Assembly: GCA_013265495.1 (NCBI GenBank)
Contig: MU060042.1
Location: forward strand, 6,072,258 to 6,136,257
DNA: 64,000 bases
Direction: 5' to 3'
DNA from: Vicugna vicugna
Taxonomy: Eukaryota
Made by a program: the position numbers and the translations under genes. The notes beneath the pieces were generated by a model. It searched no databases. It saw only the letters and a list, made by a program, of their open reading frames with translations, and was not told the DNA's origin. Shown here one piece after another: positions 1 to 10,600 of the stretch (positions within the stretch are counted from its first letter, which is position 1; each line of letters starts with the position of its first letter).

Positions 1-1792
1 CAGTGGACGTTGGGTACCTGCGTGATAGCGTGGTCACAGCTCCTTGGTGTTAGTTACAAGGAGGTTAAATTAAGTACTTTCAATTCAGACATCTTTACAG
101 GTCGGTCTTGGTCTGTTGTTGTCTACAGGAAATAGGTTTTGAACCCCCTCTACTGTTTAGCACCCTTGTAGGAAAGGTTCATCACAGACACTGGAGCGTC
201 GTGTAACTAAATTCAGCTCATTTGCCCAGCATGTGGCTGCTGTGCAGCCCCCAGGCACATAACTGGAGACAGACACAGTCCTTCCGGGACTCCTCGTGCA
301 GTGAGTGCAGCACCCGCGTGGACATGGCACAGGGAGCCCCTCGGGTGCACCCTCAGCTTCCCCTTGTGGCCTTCCACCCAGAGCCTGTCCTCTCTAGGAG
401 TCAGAGAGGCCCATGGGACCCCAGCAGCGGGTCCCTGGGGAGGCCTCTCCCGTGCACGCCAGCTCAGCCCACCCGCCTCCCAGGGGAATTCCCGCAGTCC
501 CGCATGGGTCCAACAAGGACGTCATAGGGAAACTGTGGGCAGTGTCCCAGGAGGGGGGTGCGGACACCCTCCAGCAGCACCTTGTGGTGGGGGTGACATT
601 GAGACTGACAGTGCTCGCTCATGGACAGGACCTGGGAAGAAGCTCATGGCTCACGGGGTCGGGGTGGGGGCTGCTGAGAGCGGTGGGCTCCGAGGGTTTG
701 GGGGCTGAGCGTGTCCACACATGACCAGGGCACCTTTAGCTGGAAGGAGTCAGCTGGTCACCTGTGTCAGTGTGATTATTCACAGGTGACAGCAAGAGGC
801 CAGATGTTCATTCTGATGCCTGAGTGGCTTTTAACAGCGATGGTTTCTGCAGCTTTCTCTTTCCGTCAGCTTTTAATTGTGAAAGTCACTCCTTCCACAG
901 AATGGCACCTTCAGTGTAGCTAGGGTGGAAGTATGTCCATTGAGGCTTTGCTTGCTTTTCGTTGATTCATTGTAGAGACTTAATAATTCTGTTCATCAGC
1001 TTTCGGCTTAGCTGCTGAGAACCATCAGCGTCCATACAGGAGTGACAGCATTCTTTCTGTGTTGGAAAGTAGTGTTACGTTTCTTCTGTAAGAGCGAGTT
1101 TTCTGTTAACGAGATACTGATGACTCAATGAAGGCAGGGATTGAGACACAGTGTCAGATTCACGGTGTCATCCGGCGTCAGGGATGAGGCGGGATCTGGG
1201 CGGCACGGGGAGGGTGGGCTGGAAGCCAGGCTGGAGAAGAGGGTGACTGGGGGGACAGGATGCACTTGGAGCTACGCAGGGCTTCCCTGTCTGGGTGAGA
1301 GGTCTGCAGCAGGCCCGGCTGTGGGTGGAGTCTGCAGGCAGGGTGCGAGGTTAGAGGTGCTGCCGCCCACTTTGTCCTGTGAACGATGAGGGCTCAGGAA
1401 GATTTTAGCCCCCAGTCGGGACCGCCACTTCTCCCATGTCTGGGCCCCTCTCCGGTGCCCCAAGCACCCCGTGTGCGGGTGTTGAGGGGCATGCCTGGGT
1501 GTATTGCCCCGGAGGCCCTGAGCTTCCTGGGCATGAAGCTCATGCTCCCGCCTTCCAGCCCAGTGAGACCCCAGGGGGTGTGAAATGCAGCCAGCGTTGG
1601 CTGCACGGGTGGCCTGACGTGTGTTAAACTAAGAGTGGAAGGCGGGAAGTGGCCGGCTGTCCCGCCTGAGCGAGGAGGGCGCTGGCGCCAGTCCTGCTGC
1701 GGCGCTTCCCGCATTCGGAACGGCCTCGCCACGTGCACAGTGGGACCTCGTGCATCCCACACACGTGACCTCGTCCTGCTCTCCTTTCGTAG

Positions 1793-1883
1793 GGTTCTTG
1801 GATCCTGAGAAGAAGCTTTTTTCTCACCGAATATTATCGAGGGACGAATGTATTGACCCGTTTTCTAAAACAGGGAATCTGAG
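1793..1883 (+). CDS. CTDP1: CTDP1 (FCP1) coding exon 6, FCPH phosphatase domain
   Basis: TAG acceptor at 1790-1792 and AG|GTATGT donor. 91 nt. Translates (G)FLDPEKKLFSHRILSRDECIDPFSKTGNL(R), matching human FCP1 as I recall it. Confidence 0.98.
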
Positions 1884-3457
1884 GTATGTACCTGGTTGGT
1901 GTGTTCCTTGCTGGGGCGCCCGTGCGGTCCCCGCTGACTGCACTTGGAGCGTCAGACAGCAGTTCTGCCTTGATTCTCCTGGTTCCCACTGTTGGTTTTC
2001 CGGCACTTAGCATGCCGGCTGTCTTCTCCCCAGACCCTCCCATCCCTGCGTCTCTATGGATGTCCAGGCACTGGCGGTTCTGGGGAACTTGGGGCCGGAG
2101 CCCAGGGCGACAGGGGTGGGGAGAGGCCCCGAGAGCAGTGGGGTCTTAGCAGTTGGAAGGGGGCGAGTGGAGGTGGTGGGAGAGGGGCGCCCAGGGCTCC
2201 CCGCGGGCAAGGCGGTGGCTTTGCCGGGTCAGGAGTCTCGAGGGGTTGCTGGCAGGGGTGTTGGCTTTAGACTCTCGTGTGCTGTTGTCCCTCAGGACGT
2301 GATACAGTCCTGAGTCCGACAGTGCCTGCCCCCCCCCTCCCTGTCCTGGCCTTTGCTTTCACCACAGGGATGGCCAGGCATTGACAAAGGGCTGTTTTAT
2401 ATTTTGAGAATTTTTTGCTTCCCCTGTACAAAGAATTTCCCCACTTCTACCCAGAAAAGTAGCCCGCCCCATTACACTACATCAGACACCACTTTTTGTG
2501 GGTGTTGTGGGGGGAGCGGGCTCCAGGGCCCTCGGGTGGTGCAGGTCTGGGCCGCTGGGTCTGCTCCCTGGGCTAGATTTGGTGTGGTTTTTACCTCCCG
2601 CATCTGGAGTTAACTGTGCCGGGTACTTGAGCTGCCTTTTGTGTTTCACCTGCCACGACGAAAACAGACTCAGGAAATAACATTAACTTCGGACGCATGA
2701 ACACTTTTTCTGGGCAGTCGCAGGCTTAATTGGCTGCTGGAGAACCTGAAGGGCGTCAGGCGCCCCTCCTGGGTTTGCTTTTCGACGCAGGAGGCAGGCA
2801 CAGGGCTCGCACCCTCTGAAGTTTGGCTCTCGGCACCTCCCTCCCTGGGTCTCAGTCGTGGGCAGAAATCAAGTTAAAAGCCCACAGGGAGGTCCGCTTT
2901 TGTTAAGTGGCTTTTTGGACCCTCGCTCATATTTCTGCTCACCCCGTGCACCCTGACAGCTTCGGGGAGAACAGTAATCCCTTTCTGGACTCGATGTCAG
3001 GTAGGTGCCCTGCAGGGGAACGGTTGGGTATTCCAGACAGCTGAGATTCGAGTAAGGGCTCGCCCTCCCCCTGTGACTGAGAGCTCTCCCCTGGCCGCGG
3101 GCTGGACACCTGTGTGTGTAGATGAAGTCGTGTTGGGGTGCGGCCAGCCCTACTGGTCCACACCAGCTTTCCGTGGACGAGGGCTCCCGAGGCCCCTGAA
3201 CAACCCCGTCCCTCTGGCCCTTTAGAGGAAGTGTTCTGACTCCCGCTTTGAGGGATCTCAGAAGCGAAGAAGCCTGTCTTAGTGTTGCTTTCTGCGGAAA
3301 CTTGGAGATTTTACACGCGAGCTGAATGAAGGCTCTCAGTGTATCTGTTTCTAGGGAATTTGCTTTCCGGTGGTTTCATATAAGAGACACTCTTAACTTC
3401 TGATTGAGGATTATTTTATAAACTGTGCTGGTAATTTTGATGGGTTCTTACTCCCAG

Positions 3458-3624
3458 AAATCTCTTCCCTTGTGGAGACTCAATGGTTTGCATCATTGAT
3501 GACCGAGAAGACGTCTGGAAGTTTGCCCCCAACCTGATCACTGTGAAGAAGTACGTGTACTTCCAGGGCACGGGGGACGTCAACGCCCCGTCTGGGTCCC
3601 GGGAGCCTCAGGCCAGGAAGAGAG
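3458..3624 (+). CDS. CTDP1: CTDP1 coding exon 7
   Basis: CAG acceptor and AG|GTGGGC donor. 167 nt. Encodes NLFPCGDSMVCIIDDREDVWKFAPNLITVKKYVYFQGTGDVNAPSGSREPQARKR. Confidence 0.98.
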
Positions 3625-4522
3625 GTGGGCCACTCCGCCGGGGCGTCAGAGGATGAGTGTTTGCTCCTGTTTTTCTCCTCTCATCTCTGTCACGGCCACT
3701 GTAAATTCAGAATTCAGTTTGGTTTTATTTCTTTTTATTACTTTAGTTATACAGGTTGTTGGTTTATTTATTTACGCTGAAAAGCACGATATTATTTGGC
3801 TTCAGTTATTTTTTTTCTGACAGTACTAACCTAAACGTTTTTTGAGTGAGTGAAGATTAAAGAATACAACTTAGTGCATCTGAATACTGCCTTTCATTCC
3901 CAGCTTTCCTTGAAGGACAAACGTGACTCTGGGAATCTGGCCGCTGCACTGTGTGCAGAGAGCACACTGGTGTGAGGCTCTGGCACGCGGGAGGCCGACG
4001 CCGTGCCCTGGCCCGGAGCCAGCGGGGAGGCGTGCAGCTGCGCCTGCCAGGCAAGCCTGAACCTAAAATCTGGAGAAAATTTAAAGTTTTGGTTTAAATG
4101 AAGTTTTTCTGATGATCTTTAGTTTTTAAATGAAATACTTCGAGGCATACGGTTATTGCTGCAGTCACTGAAATGACCCTGAGGTGCAGGCCAGGAGGGG
4201 TGGGACCCAAGAGCATCCCCACGGAGGATCAGGCTGGACAGCACGGCTTGTGGAGGCTGCCGTCCACAGGCCCGGCCTGACCGCGGCCTGGACACTAAGC
4301 ATGCGGCATGTTTTGTGTCGTCGTGGAAACCAAGGCAGAGTGAGCGTGTGAGGTCCCCAGACCTGAGTGTTTTCTCTCCAGCTCCTCCCAGCAGAGGTTT
4401 GCCAACCCTGGGCCAGAGTGGGGTTCAAGCCCGCAGCCGTGGGAGGCAACCAGGTCTGCTTGAGCGGGAAGTCCCTGTTAGATGCTGAGTGACACACCTT
4501 TTTCTCTCGTGCACACGTGTAG

Positions 4523-5519
4523 TAAATCCTTCTTCTAAAAGGTGCCGACATCCCGGAACAGCCTCCATCCGTCAGGGACCCCGAGGAAGGAAGGCAGGTG
4601 TCTGGGGTTGAGCAGAGCAACGGCCTCGGGAAACCAGCGAGGGAGCTAAACGGAGGTGCTGCTCCACGGGGGGGCTGGCCCTGGCCTGGGCAGGAGGAGG
4701 ACAGGGGCGCCCGGCCCGCCGCCCGCACCCCTGGGGCCGATGGCAGGGGGCCCCCATCATGTGTACAGCAGCGGGGGCGGACACAGCCCGAGAAGCGGCC
4801 CGTGTGGGGCCCCACAGGCCCCGACCTGGAGCTGGACGTCCCCAGTGACAGCGGGAGCAGCAGTGAGTCTGAAGGCCGGCCGTCCCCCGCCGCCTCTGAC
4901 TGCGAGAGCGGGGAGAAGAGGGCCCGGAAGACCAAGGCCCCCCGGGACGCCGGCAAGGGCGGCCCACCCGGCGCAGCGGCGGACAGGCCTGCGGGTGCCA
5001 ACCACTGCGGGGAGCCCACGCCCGGTGCCCACCTGGACGGCCAGGAGGAGGGCGAGCGGGACGGCCTCTGCGGGCTGGGCAGCGGCTGTGCTGACAGGAA
5101 GGAGGCTGAGACGGAGTCGCAGAACAGCGAGCAGTCAGGCATCACGGTGGGTGAGTCCCTGGACCAGAGCGTGGAGGAGGAGGAGGAGGAGGAGGAGGAC
5201 GCCGACGACGATGACCACCTGGTGCACCTGGAGGAGATCCTGGCCCGTGTGCACTCTGACTACTACGCCAAGTACGACCGCTTCCTCCGCGGGGAGGCCC
5301 AGGAGCCCCCCGACATCCGGAAGATTGTGCCCGAGCTCAGGAGCAGGGTGCTGGCTGATGTCGCCATCATCTTCAGTGGGCTGCACCCCACAGACTTCCC
5401 GGTGGAGAAGACGCGGGAGCACTACCATGCCACGGCGCTCGGTGCGCGCATCCTCACCCAGCTGGTGCTGGACCCCGACGCCCCCGACAGGGCCACCCAC
5501 CTGATCGCGGCGCGGGCCG
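4523..5519 (+). CDS. CTDP1: CTDP1 coding exon 8 (linker, acidic tract, start of BRCT). Apparent +1 frameshift near 4537-4540; an in-frame alternative start exists at 4542.
   Basis: The ORF-track frame gives ...ETESQNSEQSG...EEEEEEEEDADDDDHLVHLEEILARVHSDYYAKYDRF...VLADVAIIFSGLHPTDFPVEKTREHYHATALGA...ATHLIAARA. Donor G|GTGAGT at 5519/5520. From the orthologous TAG acceptor (4520-4522) the exon is 997 nt, not a multiple of 3; from AAG (4539-4541) it is 978 nt. Confidence 0.95.
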
Positions 5520-6582
5520 GTGAGTCGGGCCTTCCCTGTTGGGAGTGGGGTCCTGGTGCAGCCTCTCCCTGGGGACAGCCCCAACTCTGACTCGGCGGCT
5601 GTCCCCGCGTGTGGCCCCGTGCTGCGTGTGAAATGAGCAGGTTGTACCTGGGTCGGGGTGGAGCTGGGGCCCCAGCGCGTCTGCCCAGCCGCCGTGTGTG
5701 GTCACACGTGTCGAGGTTGAACAGGGGAGGCGCAGATTGGTCAGGACCCATGTGCACCCCGGTTGAATATAGGTGGTAAGTGAGGGTTACGGCGGAGCTT
5801 CCCTCAGATGCTCAGGCACTGCTGGTCTCAGCCGAGTGGATGGTTCCTCATCGAGCGGACGGCCCCTCAGTGATTGGCGCACCATGAAGGCATGCTCACG
5901 CCCTTTTCCTTTAAAGAAAGTCAGAAGAACCTCATTACTTCCTTGAAGCAGTTTGGTGTTTTCCAAACAAAGCCTGCTGCAGGCCGGCCTCTCTGGTCAT
6001 TGCCCCTCCCTCATCTGCAGCCGCTGAGTCAGGGCTTGTGAACACCTGCCCCCAACAGAGCATGATCCGCAAGGTCCTCTGTGAACTCGCGGGTGGGACA
6101 GGCCCTCCCCGATGGTGGAGGAGACCTTCCCAGGACATCAGGTGCTGTTGTGTGTCTGCCCCGCCTGCATCCAGAGTGGTCTGTTACTGTTCTGGGAGAT
6201 GGTGGGAGACGGTGGGCTCCAGGGGTGGAGAAATGAGGGGTCCCAGCAGAGGGGGACTAGGGTCGTGACCTTAAACGGCCAGCGGAGGAGCTGAGACTCC
6301 ATGTAGCAGGGAGAGGGGCTTGCAGCAGGTTCCTGATTGGGGCAGGGGAGCAGGACTTGGGGACGTGGTACTGTGTTCTCGGGAAGAGAGCGAGCTGCAG
6401 GCTCTGCAGTGGACACTGAGAGGGGTGGTACCAGCGGAGGCTTGAGACCCTTCCTGAGCCATCATGAAACAGTGTCCCTGCAAACCTGGCCTACCGCCCT
6501 GCTGTGAGGTCACCCCTCCGGGGCCCCAGCCTGCACACCTTGCCCTGACGGCAGCACTGCACTGACGGGTGTTTGCTTGCAG

Positions 6583-6724
6583 GCACGGAGAAGGTGCGCC
6601 AGGCCCAGGAGTGTGGGCAGCTGCACGTGGTTAACCCCGACTGGCTGTGGAGCTGCCTGGAGCGGTGGGACAAGGTGGAGGAGCAGCTGTTCCCGCTGAG
6701 GGATGACCACGGCAGGGCACAGAG
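6583..6724 (+). CDS. CTDP1: CTDP1 coding exon 9 (BRCT domain C-terminal part)
   Basis: TTGCAG acceptor and AG|GTGAGC donor. 142 nt. Encodes TEKVRQAQECGQLHVVNPDWLWSCLERWDKVEEQLFPLRDDHGRAQ. Confidence 0.98.
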
Positions 6725-7442
6725 GTGAGCACCGGCCCCCAGCCTCCCTGCCCAGGACTCCCAGCACGGCATTGCCACAGCCAGCCAGGCCGGCCCGTGG
6801 CCCCCAGGGTGCGGATGGGGAAAGACAGGCTTGGGGTAGGGGTCTGCTGCTCCTTCCAGAGGCCGCTCATCTGTCCCCTGCCACCCTCGCCACAGGTGCT
6901 GCAGGCTCCAAGCAGGTCATCTTGAAAAGCACCTCTGAGCATTGCTTCCTGGGGAAGGAACAAAATTGCCTTTTCTGAGACACAGTGTGGCTTTTAGCAA
7001 CAAAGCTTAGTTTGTGTGTCTTTCCTTTGTGGCTTGGATGTGGTTGTAACAAGTCACAAAGCCTTTGTGGGGTCCGACGTGGAGGGAGGTGGTGAGCGGG
7101 ACTGGGGCGGGGCAGAAGACCGGTTGGCAGGTCGTGAGTCCCCAGGGGCAGCCGGGGGTGGGGGTGCACCGTGCAGGCCTGTTTCTATTGAGGCAACTTT
7201 GATAGGGCTCCTGTCTGGGCAGAGTCAATTCCGTGCTTGGAGGGGAAGCACCAGAGACAGCAGGGTGGCCCCCATGCCCACCTCTCGGGGGGCCCAGGCT
7301 TACTTAGAAGAACCGTGTCCTCACGTGCAGACGTGGAGGGAGGAACCGCGGGCAGGAGGGCTCAGCTCCCAGCCTGAGCAGAGGTTGCTGGGTCCCGCGT
7401 CAGTGCCAGCCCCTCCTCATGGCCCTCGTTCTCATCCTGCAG

Positions 7443-7646
7443 GGAGGACGGCCCGGCAGCCTTTCCCGACAGGCAGGGTGTGCTTCCCACCACCCTGTTC
7501 CACCCGACGCCCGTCCATCCCAGGGCCCTGCCCGGCCCCGAGGCTCGGGTGTACGACGCCAGCACGGGCAGGCTCATTCGGAAGGGCGCTGCGGGCCCCG
7601 GGCCCCCCGGCTCCCTGCCCGTCCACGCAGAGCTCTCCTCCTTCAG
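7443..7646 (+). CDS. CTDP1: CTDP1 coding exon 10
   Basis: CTGCAG acceptor and CAG|GTATGT donor. 204 nt. Encodes EDGPAAFPDRQGVLPTTLFHPTPVHPRALPGPEARVYDASTGRLIRKG...ELSSF. Confidence 0.97.
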
Positions 7647-10600
7647 GTATGTGGGCTTAGCCAGCAGGTAGCGCGCTGGGGCGCTGGTGGTCCGCGCATG
7701 AGGGTCGGGCTGGGGCATGCTCCTCACGCATGTCCACGTGGGGCCTTTCTCCACGTTCCCTGTCCTGCCTTGGGTCCCAGAACTGGGAAGTCGAGTCCGT
7801 GGTTTAGCCTTTGCTTGGTGTCGGGGTGCCAGCCCATGTCCTCCCAGCGGACGCAGGCCTTGGGCGGCGGGATCTGACCCTCCTGCCTCGCCCTTGCAGG
7901 CGTGTCCCCCCTGCAGGACGGAGAGAACTGTCACGAGGGAGGAGGGTCCTGCTCGGGCCATCGGGAGCAGCTCTGCTCTGCGGCTCCCGCCCTCAGTAGG
8001 CCCAGCCTCCCTGTCCCACTTCCGACTCAGGTCAAACTGAGGGTCGTGGCGGCTGGGGCAGTTTGTGAGCAGGAGTGCAGGTGGGTGGGGATGGCACTGC
8101 CCTGAGAGGAGCATGGCCAGTGGTCTCCACCCACGTCTCCACAAGTGTCTGTTTCCTCCCTGTGTGTGGAGGACCTCTGCCGGACTGAGGGCCTTACACA
8201 CCACTTGGTGAGGCACCTTAGGACACCCTGAGGTTCAAACGAGGGTCTGAAGCTCTGTCTTGTTTTCCATGAGTGGCCGTTGCTGTGAAATGTGTGTGAT
8301 GGACACGTGTCATCTTGCTTCTGGGTTCCCCTGCTCTCTGGAGCCCAGAGCCCTTCCCGAGAGCCAGCCCACGTGTGGCAGCCGGTTCCTTCTGCCTTGA
8401 CTCCTCGGGCCTACGCTGACCTGCCTGCACTGACCGGCGGGGCCCCACCAGAGTGCTCTCTGTGGATGGGCAGTGACTCCACACCCTCTGGCCACAGTGA
8501 CGCTGCGGGGCCGCTGCGAACCAGGGCTGGTGTGTGCAGAGCGGACGTGGGCGCGGGTCCCCCGAAGGCCAGTGGGTGTCTGCTGGCCCCGCTGCTGGGC
8601 TCCACACATGAGCGGACAGACGCCCTGTTCAGCCTCTTAGGCCAGTTTGACTTGGGCTACTTGATTGGTGGTTTGTTCTGTTATTTTCAAGCAAAGGCAT
8701 CGTCACTGATGAAGCCTCCATCTTCTCCCAGTGACGGTTAGTCATTTGAAGAGACACGTGGCGACGTCTGTGCTTCTGTTTACATGCGAGTTCCTTCCCG
8801 AGAGCAGGGCTGCTGGGCTGAAGGGCACGTGTACCCTTGTCCTTAATAAACGGGGTCAGTTGTTTTCCAAAAACTCACTAGGGTCCATGGCCCCACCTGG
8901 AGGACCCGGCCCCGCCCTCGCCCTCCATCCAGTGCTGGCCCCTCACACCCGCCCGCCCGGTGGGGAGTGGAGGCAGACGTCCCCAGCGGTCGTCTCCAGC
9001 TGCCGGGGGGCCCCCCACGCACACCGGTCAGCCTTTTGGGTCTTACGTCGGGCGGCTGCTTACATCCCGGATGGACTCCCTTTGCCTTACTGGGGTCTGA
9101 CGCCTTGTGGCTGTGTCGTCGGGGAAACGTTTGTTGTGGGTAGAAGTGTGTTCTGAAGATGACGCCACCCGCCGAGGTGCAGGGGGGACCTCCATGGCTC
9201 TCGCCGAGCCGCCGGGGCTGGGGTTCTCTCTGTAGTCCCAGTTACAGCTGCGGTTTTCACCGTCGGGTCTTCTCGAGGAGTTTCTCACTTTGCTCCTCCT
9301 GTCCTCCGCCTTCTTTTTAAACATGTTACGTTGATCTGGCATTATTTCAAGTCCGTGTTTTTTGAGTCATAGCTTACCTGAGGCCCCAGGACAGAGTAGA
9401 CATTTGGGCGTTTTCTGTCACCGGCGCCGAGCGGGTGGCGGGCGGCTGAGGGAAGGCCCAGCCCAGGCCCGCGACGCCGCGCTCCTGCTGTGGGGACCTT
9501 GCCTTCAGGGCAGAAGCGCCCCAGTGCCTGAGGGAGCTCCCGCAGGAGATTCGGTTTGGGCTTATAGCTCTGTATTTTACTGTCCCTGAGGACATCGGCA
9601 CCCGAAACAGAGGCCTGTCGCCCCTTCCTCAGACTCCTCACGTGTGCAGACCTGTGGGTCAGGATGGTCCATTTGTCACCACGTAGTGTTCGTCTTCGTG
9701 CAGTCATTGCTCCACTGAAGCATTCTGAACGGGGCATCACCCTTGTTTCTGAGGCTCCTCCGTTTGAAAGTAAACCCAGTGGGTGTGCAGGACACACCTC
9801 CAAGGGGGACCCTCCCCAGGCAGGACTGTGGGTGCTGCCTGCAGGGGCCTTCAGGGACGTGGACCCAGGCCCCTGCGCTCACAGGTTCCGAGCGCGGGGG
9901 CCGTGGGTGCAGGCCCTGCTGGCTCACTGCTCCCAGGGTCACAACTGAGGAGCCTGCAGCCTCGAGGCTGTCGGGGACACAGGCCACGGTCAGTTAGCCT
10001 GCGGGACGGCAGGGAGAGCCTTACCTCCACCCGCACTGGAGTTGCCCTCCTGGTGGAGGAGGGTGTGAGCTCGCACTCAGGGAGGGGCCGGGGAACAGGT
10101 GGGGAGAGCCAGTCCCGCCACCACTTCTCACACCTTCCACAGCAGGAAACAGTGATGGTCCAGTGCCGATGTTAATTCTCAGCCCGAGCCCGCTTGTGCG
10201 GTGACCGGCTCTCGCTGCAAGAGTTGCCCACAGACTGAGGGCACCAGGCCTGAGGTGGAAGGGCTCTGGTCCTGGTAAGAGGGCACTGGTCTGATGGGAT
10301 TGGTCCTCCCACTGCAGATGGCCAGAAGTCTCACGAGCGGGCGCACCAGCCATGGGAGGGTATCGGCCAGCACCCTGCACGGCGGGGCTTCTCCTACGCC
10401 TGAGAGGAGCGAGCTGGCAGAGCCCTTCCTGAGGGCGTGTCTCGTGTGTCCAGCGTGGATGAAGCCATGCCCATGGCGGTGCCCCCAGGGCTCTGAGGCA
10501 AGGTTGGGATTAGAGGCCATCGGAGCAGACCCCCGATGGGAGGGTGGAGGGGCCTTAGAGACGGTGTCACTGCGTTGATGTGCTGGGAGGACAGCAGGCC

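Noticed and set aside
1884-3457. Equivalent of the human CCFDN pseudoexon in intron 6
   Set aside because: The human lesion activates a site within an Alu; no Alu-like sequence is visible here.
4165-5584. Long overlapping ORFs on both strands over exon 8 (326, 282, 149 aa)
   Set aside because: Shadow frames of a GC-rich coding exon; low-complexity Pro/Arg/Gly translations with no recognisable family.
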